From Candidatus Dojkabacteria bacterium (GTDB taxonomy: Bacteria; Patescibacteriota; Dojkabacteria; SC72; JAFGCJ01): 64,000 nucleotides of DNA. Both the position numbers and the translations under genes were made by a program. Positions 28,438 through 38,600 of the stretch are shown piece by piece. The stretch spans positions 10,909 to 74,908 of the forward strand of contig JAFGCJ010000001.1 in NCBI GenBank assembly GCA_016932785.1, in the 5' to 3' direction. Positions within the stretch are counted from its first letter, which is position 1. The number at the start of each line of letters is the position of its first letter. Below the pieces are notes generated by a model, which was not told where the DNA came from, did no database searches, and worked only from the letters and a program-made list of their open reading frames with translations.

Positions 28438-30552
28438 CTATCTGTGTATTTTTGATTGTTCCCATCTAGCAAGTTGCTGAATTGCAATTGCTGTTCTAGG
28501 TTTTGGATATATGAAGCACGTTCCGTCTCCTCTGCTTAGATTCCATATTATTCCTATCCTATCGAGATATTCCTGAAGTGTACTCAGGTTACCCTCCACT
28601 TCTTCTGCACCTGGTGGTGCTACTGAAAGCTTCCCTTCTCTTGATGCATCGGCCAAACATCTTCCGAGTCTTGATAAGGCCGACCGTACGTTCTCTGGAA
28701 TACCAACTCTCTGAGTATTATGCTGATCTTCCGTTAAGTGCCTGGATAGTGATCGTATAAGATCTATCTTTTCCGCTGTTTGTTTTCTCTGTGTTTCCAA
28801 ACAATGTGTTACAACTGTGTGAGCTAGTCTGTTAAGCATATATTCCTGAGGTAAGGAAGCCATTAGTTGTACTGTTCTAGCAAAAGCTGGCGGGAGAAAT
28901 GATCTGTTACCCCAGAGTGGGTTAACAAAAACAGCGATGTCTCTTGAGTCTCTGAACTGCTGAAGGCCTGAAAGTCTCTCCTGATCGTTTGTAACCACGG
29001 TCCATCCTCCTGGCCCTTTACCGACTTCTGCTCTTATTGTTGGGTCGAATAATGAGTGGAGCTTTCTTTGTTGAGTATCTGGGTCATCGTAGGGTCTGCA
29101 GATATACATGATTTCGTCTGCTGCGAGAGTTGAAAGGCCTAAGATTGCAGGGTCAAATCCACCTGAATATCTTTGTCTGTTAACACCAACTCTGTATGGG
29201 TAGAAACCCCCGCAATCGAAAATATTAAGTATTGTGGCACTTGATGCACTTTTTAGCCAGTGAAGAAGATTAAAGTTATTTGTTGGGAGACCTGCCGTGG
29301 TTTTGCCAAGCCAGGTTTGACATGAAGGTGGAGGTTCAAGTAATGGCATGTCGGTTAATCGTACGGTTCTAGTTCTCCAATATTTCTGGGGGTCTCTGAG
29401 AAATGCTTTTGCTCTTTCAACATCAGTAAATATTCTTGCGTCAATCTGGTCAGCTGAGAAGAGGTCAGCATGGACTCTTCTGGAATATAGGTCTAGTCCA
29501 GCCAATTCGCATGCTTGGGTTACTGTTCTCTGTAGCATAAGTGACATTGGTGTTTTGCCACAGCTGCTTAGCGATGCCAAAATGCTGTTGAATTCTTTGT
29601 TTTCGGATTTTTTTCTTTCTTCTGGTTTTTCAACAAGGTCTTGGATGGTCTGGGATAGCTGGATAATAGTATTAAATAACTCATCGGCATTGTCACCATA
29701 TCGTTCCAGCCAGGAGTTTGTGGTGTCGAGAATCCGGTTTAATGGTTTGTTACATAACGTCCCTGCTAATGCCGATAGCTCAATAACAATATGCTGAGCT
29801 ACTTGCAAGGTTGTCCAGTATTCTGCTGGTAGAGCTTGTTCGCGGATCCTTAGACAAGACACCATTTCAAATTCCTCAGTATGCGCTGGGTCATTCTCTG
29901 GACTGAATATTGTGCCCTCTTCTATTTCTAGAGCGTCACATATGGTAGCAAATTTTTGGGCAAGCGTTGTTCTGGAGTCTGTTACCGACCAGGCAAATGC
30001 CAGTCCTCGCCCAGGAACCCCAGTGTGTGCTCTTAAGATCCATTTTCCTCCGAAATGTAGTACCTCTGGCGCTCCAGCAACTGAATGCCAAGGACTGAAA
30101 GCAGAAGCTTCTCTGAAGCGGTATTTCGTTATTTCCTCGGTGTTTCTCTTTTCAGGAGCTTGTGAAAATTCTTCAAGTAGAGAATTCCTGGCGGCTTCTT
30201 TTTCATCGGCTTCACCAAAATATAGTGCTAGAACCTGTTGGATTGTCTCTTCTGAAACCTCAAAGAACTGTAGTAGCTCAATTAAAAACGGATATACTGA
30301 ATCGGTATCTCGGCCAAGTTGGGGTCCTAAACTTCCCTTGAGTATACCTTCTACAAGAGAGGTTCTTCCCCTTGCAAGAAGGCTTCCAGCCTCCTCTCTC
30401 TCGAGGGGAGATGTACCCGGAGGTTTCATTTGTTGTGTAGGGTCACCTCTCAATTCATCTGGTACTGTACCGTCGTTTTTTGCTTGAGGTGAAGACGGAG
30501 ACCTTTGTGGCTTTTCAGTGGTTGCTTCTATAGGAGGAGCTACACTTACCAT
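28438..30552 (-). CDS. 704-aa hypothetical protein with no recognisable domain
   Basis: Long ORF with elevated G+C that generates long antisense ORFs. It starts 37 nt downstream of the wHTH-NTPase gene on the same strand. Its stop lies 9 nt from the integrase stop, in convergent orientation. Confidence 0.6.
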   Translation of the reverse strand: MVSVAPPIEATTEKPQRSPSSPQAKNDGTVPDELRGDPTQQMKPPGTSPLEREEAGSLLARGRTSLVEGILKGSLGPQLGRDTDSVYPFLIELLQFFEVSEETIQQVLALYFGEADEKEAARNSLLEEFSQAPEKRNTEEITKYRFREASAFSPWHSVAGAPEVLHFGGKWILRAHTGVPGRGLAFAWSVTDSRTTLAQKFATICDALEIEEGTIFSPENDPAHTEEFEMVSCLRIREQALPAEYWTTLQVAQHIVIELSALAGTLCNKPLNRILDTTNSWLERYGDNADELFNTIIQLSQTIQDLVEKPEERKKSENKEFNSILASLSSCGKTPMSLMLQRTVTQACELAGLDLYSRRVHADLFSADQIDARIFTDVERAKAFLRDPQKYWRTRTVRLTDMPLLEPPPSCQTWLGKTTAGLPTNNFNLLHWLKSASSATILNIFDCGGFYPYRVGVNRQRYSGGFDPAILGLSTLAADEIMYICRPYDDPDTQQRKLHSLFDPTIRAEVGKGPGGWTVVTNDQERLSGLQQFRDSRDIAVFVNPLWGNRSFLPPAFARTVQLMASLPQEYMLNRLAHTVVTHCLETQRKQTAEKIDLIRSLSRHLTEDQHNTQRVGIPENVRSALSRLGRCLADASREGKLSVAPPGAEEVEGNLSTLQEYLDRIGIIWNLSRGDGTCFIYPKPRTAIAIQQLARWEQSKIHR

Positions 30553-30588
30553 TAATTTGAGTGAGTTACATTTATTTCTGGCAGAGTT

Positions 30589-31872
30589 TTAAGAAATGTG
30601 AAGTTTAAAACCTTTTCCTTTTATGGTTACGAGGTGTTTATGGGGTTTGGCGGAATCTTTGATTTTCTTTCTTATTCTTGAAATTGTTTTGTCTATTGCC
30701 CAATCTGAGTAATTTTCAAGATAGGCATTTCCCCATATAAGCTTTGCAATTTCGTCACGGGTTGTTACATTTTGATCATTTTTCTTCATGTAATCTATGA
30801 TTTTTAGCTCGGTTTCAGACAAAATTTGAGAATGTCTCTTGCCATTTATGTAAATTTCTCCAGAAGCGGCATCAATACGGAGCTTTTGATCATTGACTGC
30901 TGTATCTTCACCTTTATCAGCGGGTTTCTCTGGTGTTTTGGACTTTTTCTCTTTGCTGTATATATTAAGTAAATAGTATTCTATTAGTTTACTTCGGATT
31001 TCACCCTTTGGAGTTAATATGCCTGACTTTGAAATGTAGTTGGAAATCTTTGATTTGTCAGGGGCCTTTTTTCTAGCGATTTCAGCTAGGGTTTCAATCT
31101 CATCTTGAGTAAAAGATTGGACGATGTATTGAACCCTTTGTCTAAGTACTGTGCCTTCTAGTAGACTTTTGGGTGAAAAGTCTATTTCTCCTTCTGAGCT
31201 CAGATACCGAAGAGATGAGGTTATAAGGCCGAAGATTCCTCCGCTTAATTCCAGAAGTTTTTTGAGGTTTTCTTCCTTGGCAAGTTCGTCTGAATAAGAA
31301 AGTGCCAGGTCTTTTATGATGTCGGTGTCCCCCTCCTCTGATGGTTGGGAAACATACTCGATGTGACATGCGAAATCGATGAAGTTAGGAAATTCCTTGT
31401 AATGTGGGTCTTCGTGCAGAGGTCTATCCGAAACGAAAATGAAGCAAAGTTTTCCTAGAAATCTGTCTCTAAGTGCTCTAAATGTAGAGAGAAAAGATTC
31501 ATCAAGGAATGTCAGATCTCTTAACGTATCAACAATAATGCATACTTTCTGGTTGTTTTCTGTTATTTTATGAATTAGTTGTCTGACTTTAAGAAAAGGC
31601 TTTGCGGGAAGGCTGTCCTTATCGATATCTTTTACGTGAAGCATTAATTCGCTTGAAAGGAGTTCGTAGAAGCTTTCAGAAGATTGATCGGTGAGGCTTT
31701 GGGAATCAAGATATATTATCAAAATATCCTTTTTTGCGCTAAAACTTCTCAGTGAAGTTGATGTACCTGCAAGAGGTAATCCCCATACATTTATGCTGTC
31801 CCCTCTCGAGATATGGTCTTCAAAGGAGTTTTTCAGATTGACTATGTTTCTCTCTATTCGTTTGTCTTCCAT
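30589..31872 (-). CDS. Degenerate P-loop NTPase-like protein with a C-terminal OmpR/PhoB-type winged-helix DNA-binding domain
   Basis: C-terminal TTRDEIAKLIWGN....DWAIDKTISRIRKKI....LVTIKGKGFKL is Trans_reg_C-like. N-terminal VWGLPLAGTSTSL is Walker-A-like with Lys replaced by Thr. VCIIVDTL is Walker-B-like. Confidence 0.6.
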   Translation of the reverse strand: MEDKRIERNIVNLKNSFEDHISRGDSINVWGLPLAGTSTSLRSFSAKKDILIIYLDSQSLTDQSSESFYELLSSELMLHVKDIDKDSLPAKPFLKVRQLIHKITENNQKVCIIVDTLRDLTFLDESFLSTFRALRDRFLGKLCFIFVSDRPLHEDPHYKEFPNFIDFACHIEYVSQPSEEGDTDIIKDLALSYSDELAKEENLKKLLELSGGIFGLITSSLRYLSSEGEIDFSPKSLLEGTVLRQRVQYIVQSFTQDEIETLAEIARKKAPDKSKISNYISKSGILTPKGEIRSKLIEYYLLNIYSKEKKSKTPEKPADKGEDTAVNDQKLRIDAASGEIYINGKRHSQILSETELKIIDYMKKNDQNVTTRDEIAKLIWGNAYLENYSDWAIDKTISRIRKKIKDSAKPHKHLVTIKGKGFKLHIS

Positions 31873-32025
31873 AGCTGTAGTAAATTTTCTTTACTTGTAG
31901 CAAATATTATACTGTTTTATCAGGTCGTGGTCAAGTTGATGTCAGTTTCAAGTCAAGGGGGTGGATATGTTAAGATAATGTTGTTAGAAAAGGAAATTCT
32001 TAGAGGCAACAATACTGAGCAGTTC

Positions 32026-32619
32026 TTAGTATAAATTCTGTTCTTTTATATACTCGTCGACCTTGGGTACAGGATGTTTGCCACCCTGTGACAGTATGGC
32101 CCTGATAAAGACGGAGGAGTCTCGTGAAATCTCGGGAATTATTTTGTAGTTGCCGGTTAGGTACATGGGATAGTTACCGGATGTTGAATTTCTCTGTACT
32201 ATGATATGTGAAATATGGCCAATATCTGTGTTATAACCATAATCGAATGAGTCAGAGCCGCAAACGATGAAGGTACTTATTTTTGAACTTTCCAGATCTT
32301 CTGATATCTTTGCAAACTCAATACTTTGGACTCCTAAGTCATAATTTTCGGGGCACAAAAGTATTTTCTCAGAAAGCGGAGAGTCCTCCGATAAGAGAGA
32401 AAGAAGATTTCTTCTGTGTTCGAGCGGAGCTAATCTGTTCTTTTTTCTTGGATTAAATGAATGTGGGCAGAAAACAAAGTAATCTGTATATTCTGCCAGA
32501 ATTTTCTCAGCAATTCGCAGATGTCCCATATGAGGCGGGTTGAAAGATCCTGCAAAGAATGCCACCTTTGACGGGGCAAGTTCTTTTATACTTTCCATGC
32601 TTGGAAGTGTTTTATTCAT
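32026..32619 (-). CDS. Nucleotidyltransferase of the NadD/cytidylyltransferase family (probable nicotinate/nicotinamide-nucleotide adenylyltransferase)
   Basis: FFAGSFNPPHMGHLRIAEKIL carries the (H/T)xGH motif. Length 197 aa. Confidence 0.6.
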   Translation of the reverse strand: MNKTLPSMESIKELAPSKVAFFAGSFNPPHMGHLRIAEKILAEYTDYFVFCPHSFNPRKKNRLAPLEHRRNLLSLLSEDSPLSEKILLCPENYDLGVQSIEFAKISEDLESSKISTFIVCGSDSFDYGYNTDIGHISHIIVQRNSTSGNYPMYLTGNYKIIPEISRDSSVFIRAILSQGGKHPVPKVDEYIKEQNLY

Positions 32620-32687
32620 TGGATTCCTGCGGTTTAAGGGTTTTTTGTGCTACTTTGGTCCCTCTTAAAATTGGGGCCAATGCAATT

Positions 32688-33146
32688 TTAATATATTTCG
32701 ATTATCTTATATTCTGTCTTTCCTGAGGGTGTTGGAACCTCTACTTTTTCTCCTTCTTTTTTACCAACTATAACTTTCCCTATCGGTGAGTCTGTTGAAA
32801 TCTTGCCTTCCCTCGGGTTGGCTTCGACTGATTCTACTATCTGCAGGACTCTGCATAGTGTGTGGTTTGATAGCTTCACTACGCAACCGGTAGTTACTCT
32901 GTTATGCTTGTGTTGAGTTATTTTTTTAGTGTTTTCAAGAATTTCAGAGATTTCATTAATTCTTGATTTAAGAAACATACGCTCTCGAACAAGCTCGTGA
33001 TATTCTGTGTTCTCGAGTGTACTTTCCCCTTCGGCATTTTCTTCAAGTTGGTTTGTAAGCCGATTTACCTTAACCTGAAGCTGGTCTTTTTTTAGCTTTA
33101 GTTGTTTGATTCCATCTTGTGTTAACTCATGTTTTGGCTGGCACAT
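32688..33146 (-). CDS. greA: Transcription elongation factor GreA
   Basis: N-terminal coiled coil with EGESTLENTEYHELVRE (compare GDLSENAEYHAAKE). C-terminal ISTDSPIGKVIVGKKEGEKVEVPTPSGKTEYKIIEI. Confidence 0.85.
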   Translation of the reverse strand: MCQPKHELTQDGIKQLKLKKDQLQVKVNRLTNQLEENAEGESTLENTEYHELVRERMFLKSRINEISEILENTKKITQHKHNRVTTGCVVKLSNHTLCRVLQIVESVEANPREGKISTDSPIGKVIVGKKEGEKVEVPTPSGKTEYKIIEIY

Positions 33147-33334
33147 TTCTCTTTCTAGTTGAATTTACTATTGAGGATGATAGTATGCCTGGAGTCTTTC
33201 AGCTTGATGTGATCTGGATTCAATTCTGACGGGGGAAATTGTGTGAAAGTGCCGTTACGATGGGGTTTCGGTGGTGACTCCAGTATTTTGATCGTTGTCT
33301 GACAGATGGGAGGATTGAGGATTTAGGATAGTAA

Positions 33335-35617
33335 CTAAGTTTGCCGTACCAGTTGTAAAGAGAACGATTGATGTTCATCGGAGTGGTTGGTTCCTGGCCC
33401 TACTACATATGTTACTTCTCCAAGAGTAACGGTTGATCCTTTCTCTAGTGCGGCAATTTCGCCCAGCTCAAGCTTGACACCATTTACCATTGTTCCATTT
33501 GTACTACCGTTGTCTTCAATGAAAATTCCAATATCTGTTCCATAAACTTTTGCGTGGAGTCTAGAAATACTATTAGTCGTGTCATCTGTTGCCCATGCAA
33601 CGTCAAGATACTTTCCTTGCTCGGTGAGATCGCCAGAAACCGTTGGATCTTCTCTACCAATATATACTTCTTTCCCGAATGGAAGCGGTCCCACCGTAAA
33701 TATTCTGGGTTCTAGATCATCAGCCTGAGCTTCAAGTGCTTGTCCTGTTACATCAGAAACAATTTGCAGAAGTTCTTCTTCGGAAATTGATTCAGCTGGG
33801 TAATGGTAGCCGTCTGGTTCTACCAGTGAGACGGAGCAATTATCTGATCCGTCGATAGTGTTAGCCAAAGAAATAAGCGAATCGGCTGCTGCAGTGCCTG
33901 ATTGCTGGCTTAATATAGTACCAATCATTTGCTCTCTCTGCTTTATGTCATCAGGGCTATTCAAATCTCCGTAAAGTCCGTCAGAACATAGCAGTAATCT
34001 TTGACCCGGTTCGAGTCTGACAATTGATGAGGATGGTTTAACTTTTGGGTTTCCCACTGCCTGGGTGAGGGCATGTCTATGTTTTTCCGAAGTGTGGTCT
34101 TCTGAGAGTTGTGTTAGTGTACCGTCAGTGTTAACTAGGTATACCCGGGTATCGCCGACATTTGCGACTATTGCTGTCTCACCTATAAGAAGGGCCCCAG
34201 AGAATGTAGAACCGGAGTCTTCTAGACGACACCATCCTGATATATCTGTACTTGTGTTGGTGATTGTTGTAACGAAGAGATCACGTATTAAAGATGCCTC
34301 TTCATCAGATAGTTGTTCTGTTGTCTTTCCAGTACAAATTCTGGAGACCTTCATCGCGAGCTCATTGCCGAGCTTTGCAAGAGTGTTAGTTACCTCTCTA
34401 GTAACAGCGTTAACAACCATTCTTGATGCGACGTCGCCTTTCTCGTGTCCTCCCATTCCGTCGGCATCGATTACAAGTGTTGGACCTTCAAGAGGTGTGT
34501 CAAGGACAAAAGACATTTCTGCTTCGGGATCTTCTACTAGCTCGACTACAACGGGAAGCATTGTTGCGTTGTTATTGTCTTCTTGTGATGGTCTTACTTC
34601 TCCGATGTGAAGGCCTTCTGTACACGTGTATCTTCCTGGTCTTTGCTGTCGGATCTCAGCACCAGATAGAGGCCCTTTTTCTGAGCTGATGCGAGTGATT
34701 AGTAGATTTCTGTGGACATCAATAGCTATTTGCCGATTAGGCCCTTCAATAAGTGATACTCGTGAAAGACCGCTGTTTTCTCTGGAAAATGGTCTGGTTT
34801 GTGTACTTCTCTCTCCTGAGAATGAAATGATAGGAAGAATTCCTCGAATGTCTGGATCGTATCTGAGGAGATATTGATGGCCATATTCTGTTAGAACATG
34901 GTAATCCACTTCCTCATCTTCTGAACCAAGAGGCAACTCTAGTGATTGTCCCGGCCTAATAAGGACCGGCTCCCCATTCTCTAATTTCTCTTGTACCGTC
35001 TTTTCTCTGGCCTGGTTTGGCCGTTCTATAACATGAATATATACCATCGTGTTCCCAACCTTAACAAGATCCCATTCTGGATGTTCAGATCTTTTTCCTA
35101 GTTCTAAACAGCACTGTGCTGGAGTTACCTGTCCGTGTGGGAATCCGGGGTGTGGTTTGTCTGTTACCGCTGATGTCCCGGTGGAGAACATTAGTACTCG
35201 TTCACTTTTTTTATCACTGTGAAGATAAATTTGCTGACCATTAAGGTGCATATCGGGCTCTGTCTGTGAGACCTGTTCTTGGGTAGTATGATTTCCCTGC
35301 TGTTCTGCAGGAGGCCATTCTGCTTCCTTACCGCCTAACTGTAGGTCAAAGCTATTGCTCTCTAGGGTACCTGCATTAATTTCTAGAACAAGAGCGCGTT
35401 GTCCTGTTGGTAGCTCAACTGATGATAACTGGGCGGCCCAGGGGGCTTCTGGCGCTGTTCCCTGTCCAGCTTCGGCACAATTGTAGGTCTGGATTACATT
35501 TTTAGGTAGTAAATCGAGGAGTTCTGTTGAAATTTCTCTGGCCCTAGTAGTTTCGGCTGTTTTTGGGGCTTCTTGCGGGGTTCTCTCTGCTGTTTTAGCG
35601 TCTTGTTCAGAAGACAT
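33335..35617 (-). CDS. 760-aa fusion protein: unknown ~380-aa N-terminal region, then a PP2C-type Ser/Thr phosphatase, then a C-terminal FHA domain
   Basis: PP2C motifs: DADGMGGHEKGDVAS, GSTFSGALL, VANVGDTRVYLV, LLLCSDGLYG, DGSDNCSVSLV. FHA motifs: VYIGRED, SISRLHAKV, GSTNGTMVNGVKL. Confidence 0.85.
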   Translation of the reverse strand: MSSEQDAKTAERTPQEAPKTAETTRAREISTELLDLLPKNVIQTYNCAEAGQGTAPEAPWAAQLSSVELPTGQRALVLEINAGTLESNSFDLQLGGKEAEWPPAEQQGNHTTQEQVSQTEPDMHLNGQQIYLHSDKKSERVLMFSTGTSAVTDKPHPGFPHGQVTPAQCCLELGKRSEHPEWDLVKVGNTMVYIHVIERPNQAREKTVQEKLENGEPVLIRPGQSLELPLGSEDEEVDYHVLTEYGHQYLLRYDPDIRGILPIISFSGERSTQTRPFSRENSGLSRVSLIEGPNRQIAIDVHRNLLITRISSEKGPLSGAEIRQQRPGRYTCTEGLHIGEVRPSQEDNNNATMLPVVVELVEDPEAEMSFVLDTPLEGPTLVIDADGMGGHEKGDVASRMVVNAVTREVTNTLAKLGNELAMKVSRICTGKTTEQLSDEEASLIRDLFVTTITNTSTDISGWCRLEDSGSTFSGALLIGETAIVANVGDTRVYLVNTDGTLTQLSEDHTSEKHRHALTQAVGNPKVKPSSSIVRLEPGQRLLLCSDGLYGDLNSPDDIKQREQMIGTILSQQSGTAAADSLISLANTIDGSDNCSVSLVEPDGYHYPAESISEEELLQIVSDVTGQALEAQADDLEPRIFTVGPLPFGKEVYIGREDPTVSGDLTEQGKYLDVAWATDDTTNSISRLHAKVYGTDIGIFIEDNGSTNGTMVNGVKLELGEIAALEKGSTVTLGEVTYVVGPGTNHSDEHQSFSLQLVRQT
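33400..33670 (-). other. FHA (phosphothreonine-binding) domain (approximate boundaries)
   Basis: The G-R ... S-R-x-H ... N-G-T signature is fully present. Confidence 0.75.
33820..34495 (-). other. PP2C phosphatase domain (approximate boundaries)
   Basis: The DADGMGGH codons lie at about 34450-34475 and the DNCSV codons at about 33825-33845. Confidence 0.75.
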
Positions 35618-35648
35618 ATTTCAGTATAGTAGTTTTTATATATTTCTA

Positions 35649-38600
35649 CTATACAGCTTGTGTGGCTTCAGGCGCAACATCAAAGGGTGATGCTTCTTCT
35701 GGAGGTGCTTCGGGTTCAGAAGGTTCTGCTGGGGGTTCTTCTGGAGCTGCCTGAGCTTCAGATCGATTCTCATCTGCGTCTAAGGGCGAACCATTGAATG
35801 TTGTACGGAATTCCGTATCTACTTCTCTATAAACGCGGATTCCTATTTTTCTGAATTCCGGGTGCTTTTCATGTACGAACTCCAGTCGTAGCTCTGTGAT
35901 TGCATTCAATGTGTCTGCATCATTATAATCGAGCCTCTTGCTAAGTGGTATATATTCACGGTAGAAAGCTGTGTATGCTGCTTCGGCCTCCTCTTCAGTC
36001 TCAGCATTCTCTATTGCCTTTAATAGTGCCTCACCCTCGGGGAAGAGGTCCTCGGGGATCTCCTGTTTCTCTTCGGCTTCAGCTTTGGGCTGCTTTTCTT
36101 CTCGGTATTCTGGTATTTCCCTTTTTGTTACTTCACTCACTACCGGCCTGGTGGGGCGTTCTCCGGATATAACCTTCATGTAGAGGACCTGATACCTTAC
36201 TCTTTCATCTCCTACATTTGGTCCAAGATCATTTACCCAATCGGATGGTTCACCTTCCGCTGCTCCGGTGTCGACTAAGTGCTGTGCAAATCTCACTGCG
36301 TCCTCCCTTGTTTGGAATCCTCCTCCCGCAAGGTTTTCTCCATTATAGTTACCTCTTGCTATATTACCGTTATAACTCTCAATAGTTTCTCTGATATCGC
36401 CCTTGGTGAAACGCTCTCTCCATTCTTTATTTTCTGTAACGACAATCCTTGGCAGGTTTGGGTTTGGAAGCTCTCGCTCTGCAGTTTCTGTTCCAGGTTC
36501 TTCCGCGGTGGCGACTTCTTCTACGACAAGTCTATATCTTCTCTGTCGCGTTTTCTCTCTTGTTGCTGGGTCGGGTACCTCTCTCTTATCTGGTTCTCCC
36601 ATATCTTCAACTCTTGTTTGGGCTCCTTCCTCTATAACTCCCTTTTCTCTTAGATAAGTCTCGAATGCCTGTGCGGCTTCAGCACTTCTAAAGCCGACTA
36701 TTTCGCCTTCGCTGGTTCTTCTGTCCCTTCCTATTGTATATCCCCTGTCAGGCCATCTTGTCTGCTTTTCATTAAATTCTCTAAGGCTTGCTCGTATTTG
36801 GGCTTCTAGCGGGTGTTCTGGGCGTTGTGCCGTAGGGGCTTCACGTTGTGCGGTCTCTCTTGCCGCGGCAGTTGTTGTTGGTTGTGGTGTTGTTGTCGCG
36901 GTCGGTACAGGTGCCGCTGGTCTTGCAGGTGGTCTTGTTGCAGGTTCTGTTCCAGCGGGTTCTCTTGTTCCCGTGGTGGGTCGCACCGGTGCAGTTGTCA
37001 GAGGTTGGCGTCCGACTCGTCTCATAGTTTCTCCGACAGGTACTGTTCCAGCTCCTGTTGTTCTAGCTCTGGCTGCCCTTGCAGCTTGCTCTCGTAACTG
37101 GGCTGTAGCTCTTCCTGCCTGCTCTCTTCCTTCATCTATTTGTGTCTGTAAGTTTGCAATTCGATCTCTGAGATCTTGTGTCATTTCTGCTGTTGCACCA
37201 GGTCTTCTGGTTCTAGTACCCCCAGCTTGAGGGCGAGGTGCTGCCGGTTCCGCGGGGGGGGCTGGTTCAGCAGGTTCCTCCGGTTCTACCGTTGCCTCGC
37301 CTCTTCGAAACATTACCCGATATCTTCTGTCGTTATGCTCTCGGCGAGCTGCTCGATCGAGTCCTTCTGCTGGATTTCCAGAGTCCTGTACTAGCGTTTC
37401 TGGATTATCTAATTCTACGATACCGGCCTCGACTAATCTTTGTGCAAATCTTGCAGCTTGTCTTCTTGTTCTGAATCCGAATCCAGTTTGTTCATCGTCG
37501 CCTTCACCTTCTGTAAATCGAGTTGCTCTTTGGCCGGCATGAGTGGCTACTCTAGCCATTGTAGCGTTCCCAACGGCACCCAATGGTATTACCGGTACCA
37601 CAGGGGCTCCCGGTTCAGCAGTTTCCTCTACTACGGCTCTACCTGCTAAGGCTCTTCCAGCGTTTCGTACTCTTGTTCCTGCCTCTCGGGCTGCTTCTCT
37701 CGCTCGTTGTCCAATACCAGGCCTGGCCTCTCCTTCTCTTTCTTCTGCCTGACCTCTAACTTGCTGGTCAAAATCTCCCCTTGCGGCCCTTGCAACTGCT
37801 CGTGCTCTTGTTCCTACTCTGCCTTGCGTTCTGCCGTCTCCATCTTTAGTGTCGTCAGGGGCGTAAACAGCCTGTCCTGCAACTGCGGCCGTTGCGGCGA
37901 ATGCACCTTTAACAATGTTATTTCCTGTTCTCATTAAGGCAGCGTAAAAGTTACCTGAACCCTGGGAACTTGCAAGAAGGAATGATCTTTGTGCCGCTAT
38001 AAGGGCAGCCTCTCTCTGAGCTTCTGCCATTGCCTGTGCTAGAGCATCAAGCTCGGTGGAACAGTTATATCCCTCCTGTGCAAGGCCAAACATTGTGTTG
38101 TTAAATGCTTCGACTGTCATTGTTCCCGCGGTTTTGGTTACCTCTCCTGCGACTTCTAGATCAAATGCGGGATTTGCAATTGCATCTTCAACAGACATTT
38201 GTCCTGTAAGGATTGCGTTGAAAGCTCTTGCGCCATCTCCATCGGCCTGGTTGAGCGATTCCAGCGTTACGCCAGCGTCATGTAGTTTCTCAAATGTATC
38301 CTCAATTGCCATACCACCCCCGAATTGTCCGGGTTCTCCGGTGCCTACGTTTAATCCATGAATTTTTCCGCCGTAACCCCAGTCTAGTTCTTTCATAAGA
38401 TCCGGGTTATCCCAGTTATCGAGGTGGAGTTCATCGTAGGAGCTGAAGCCTGTTGAAGGAACCTTCACAACCTCACCTGTTCGTTCGGTTACGGTCTTTA
38501 TGACATCGTCACCGAGAAGAGCCTGGACTTTTGCCAGCTCTTCACCTCGTAATACTCCGTCTCCATCGTCAATGGTTTCGAATATTCTATTTATTACCCT

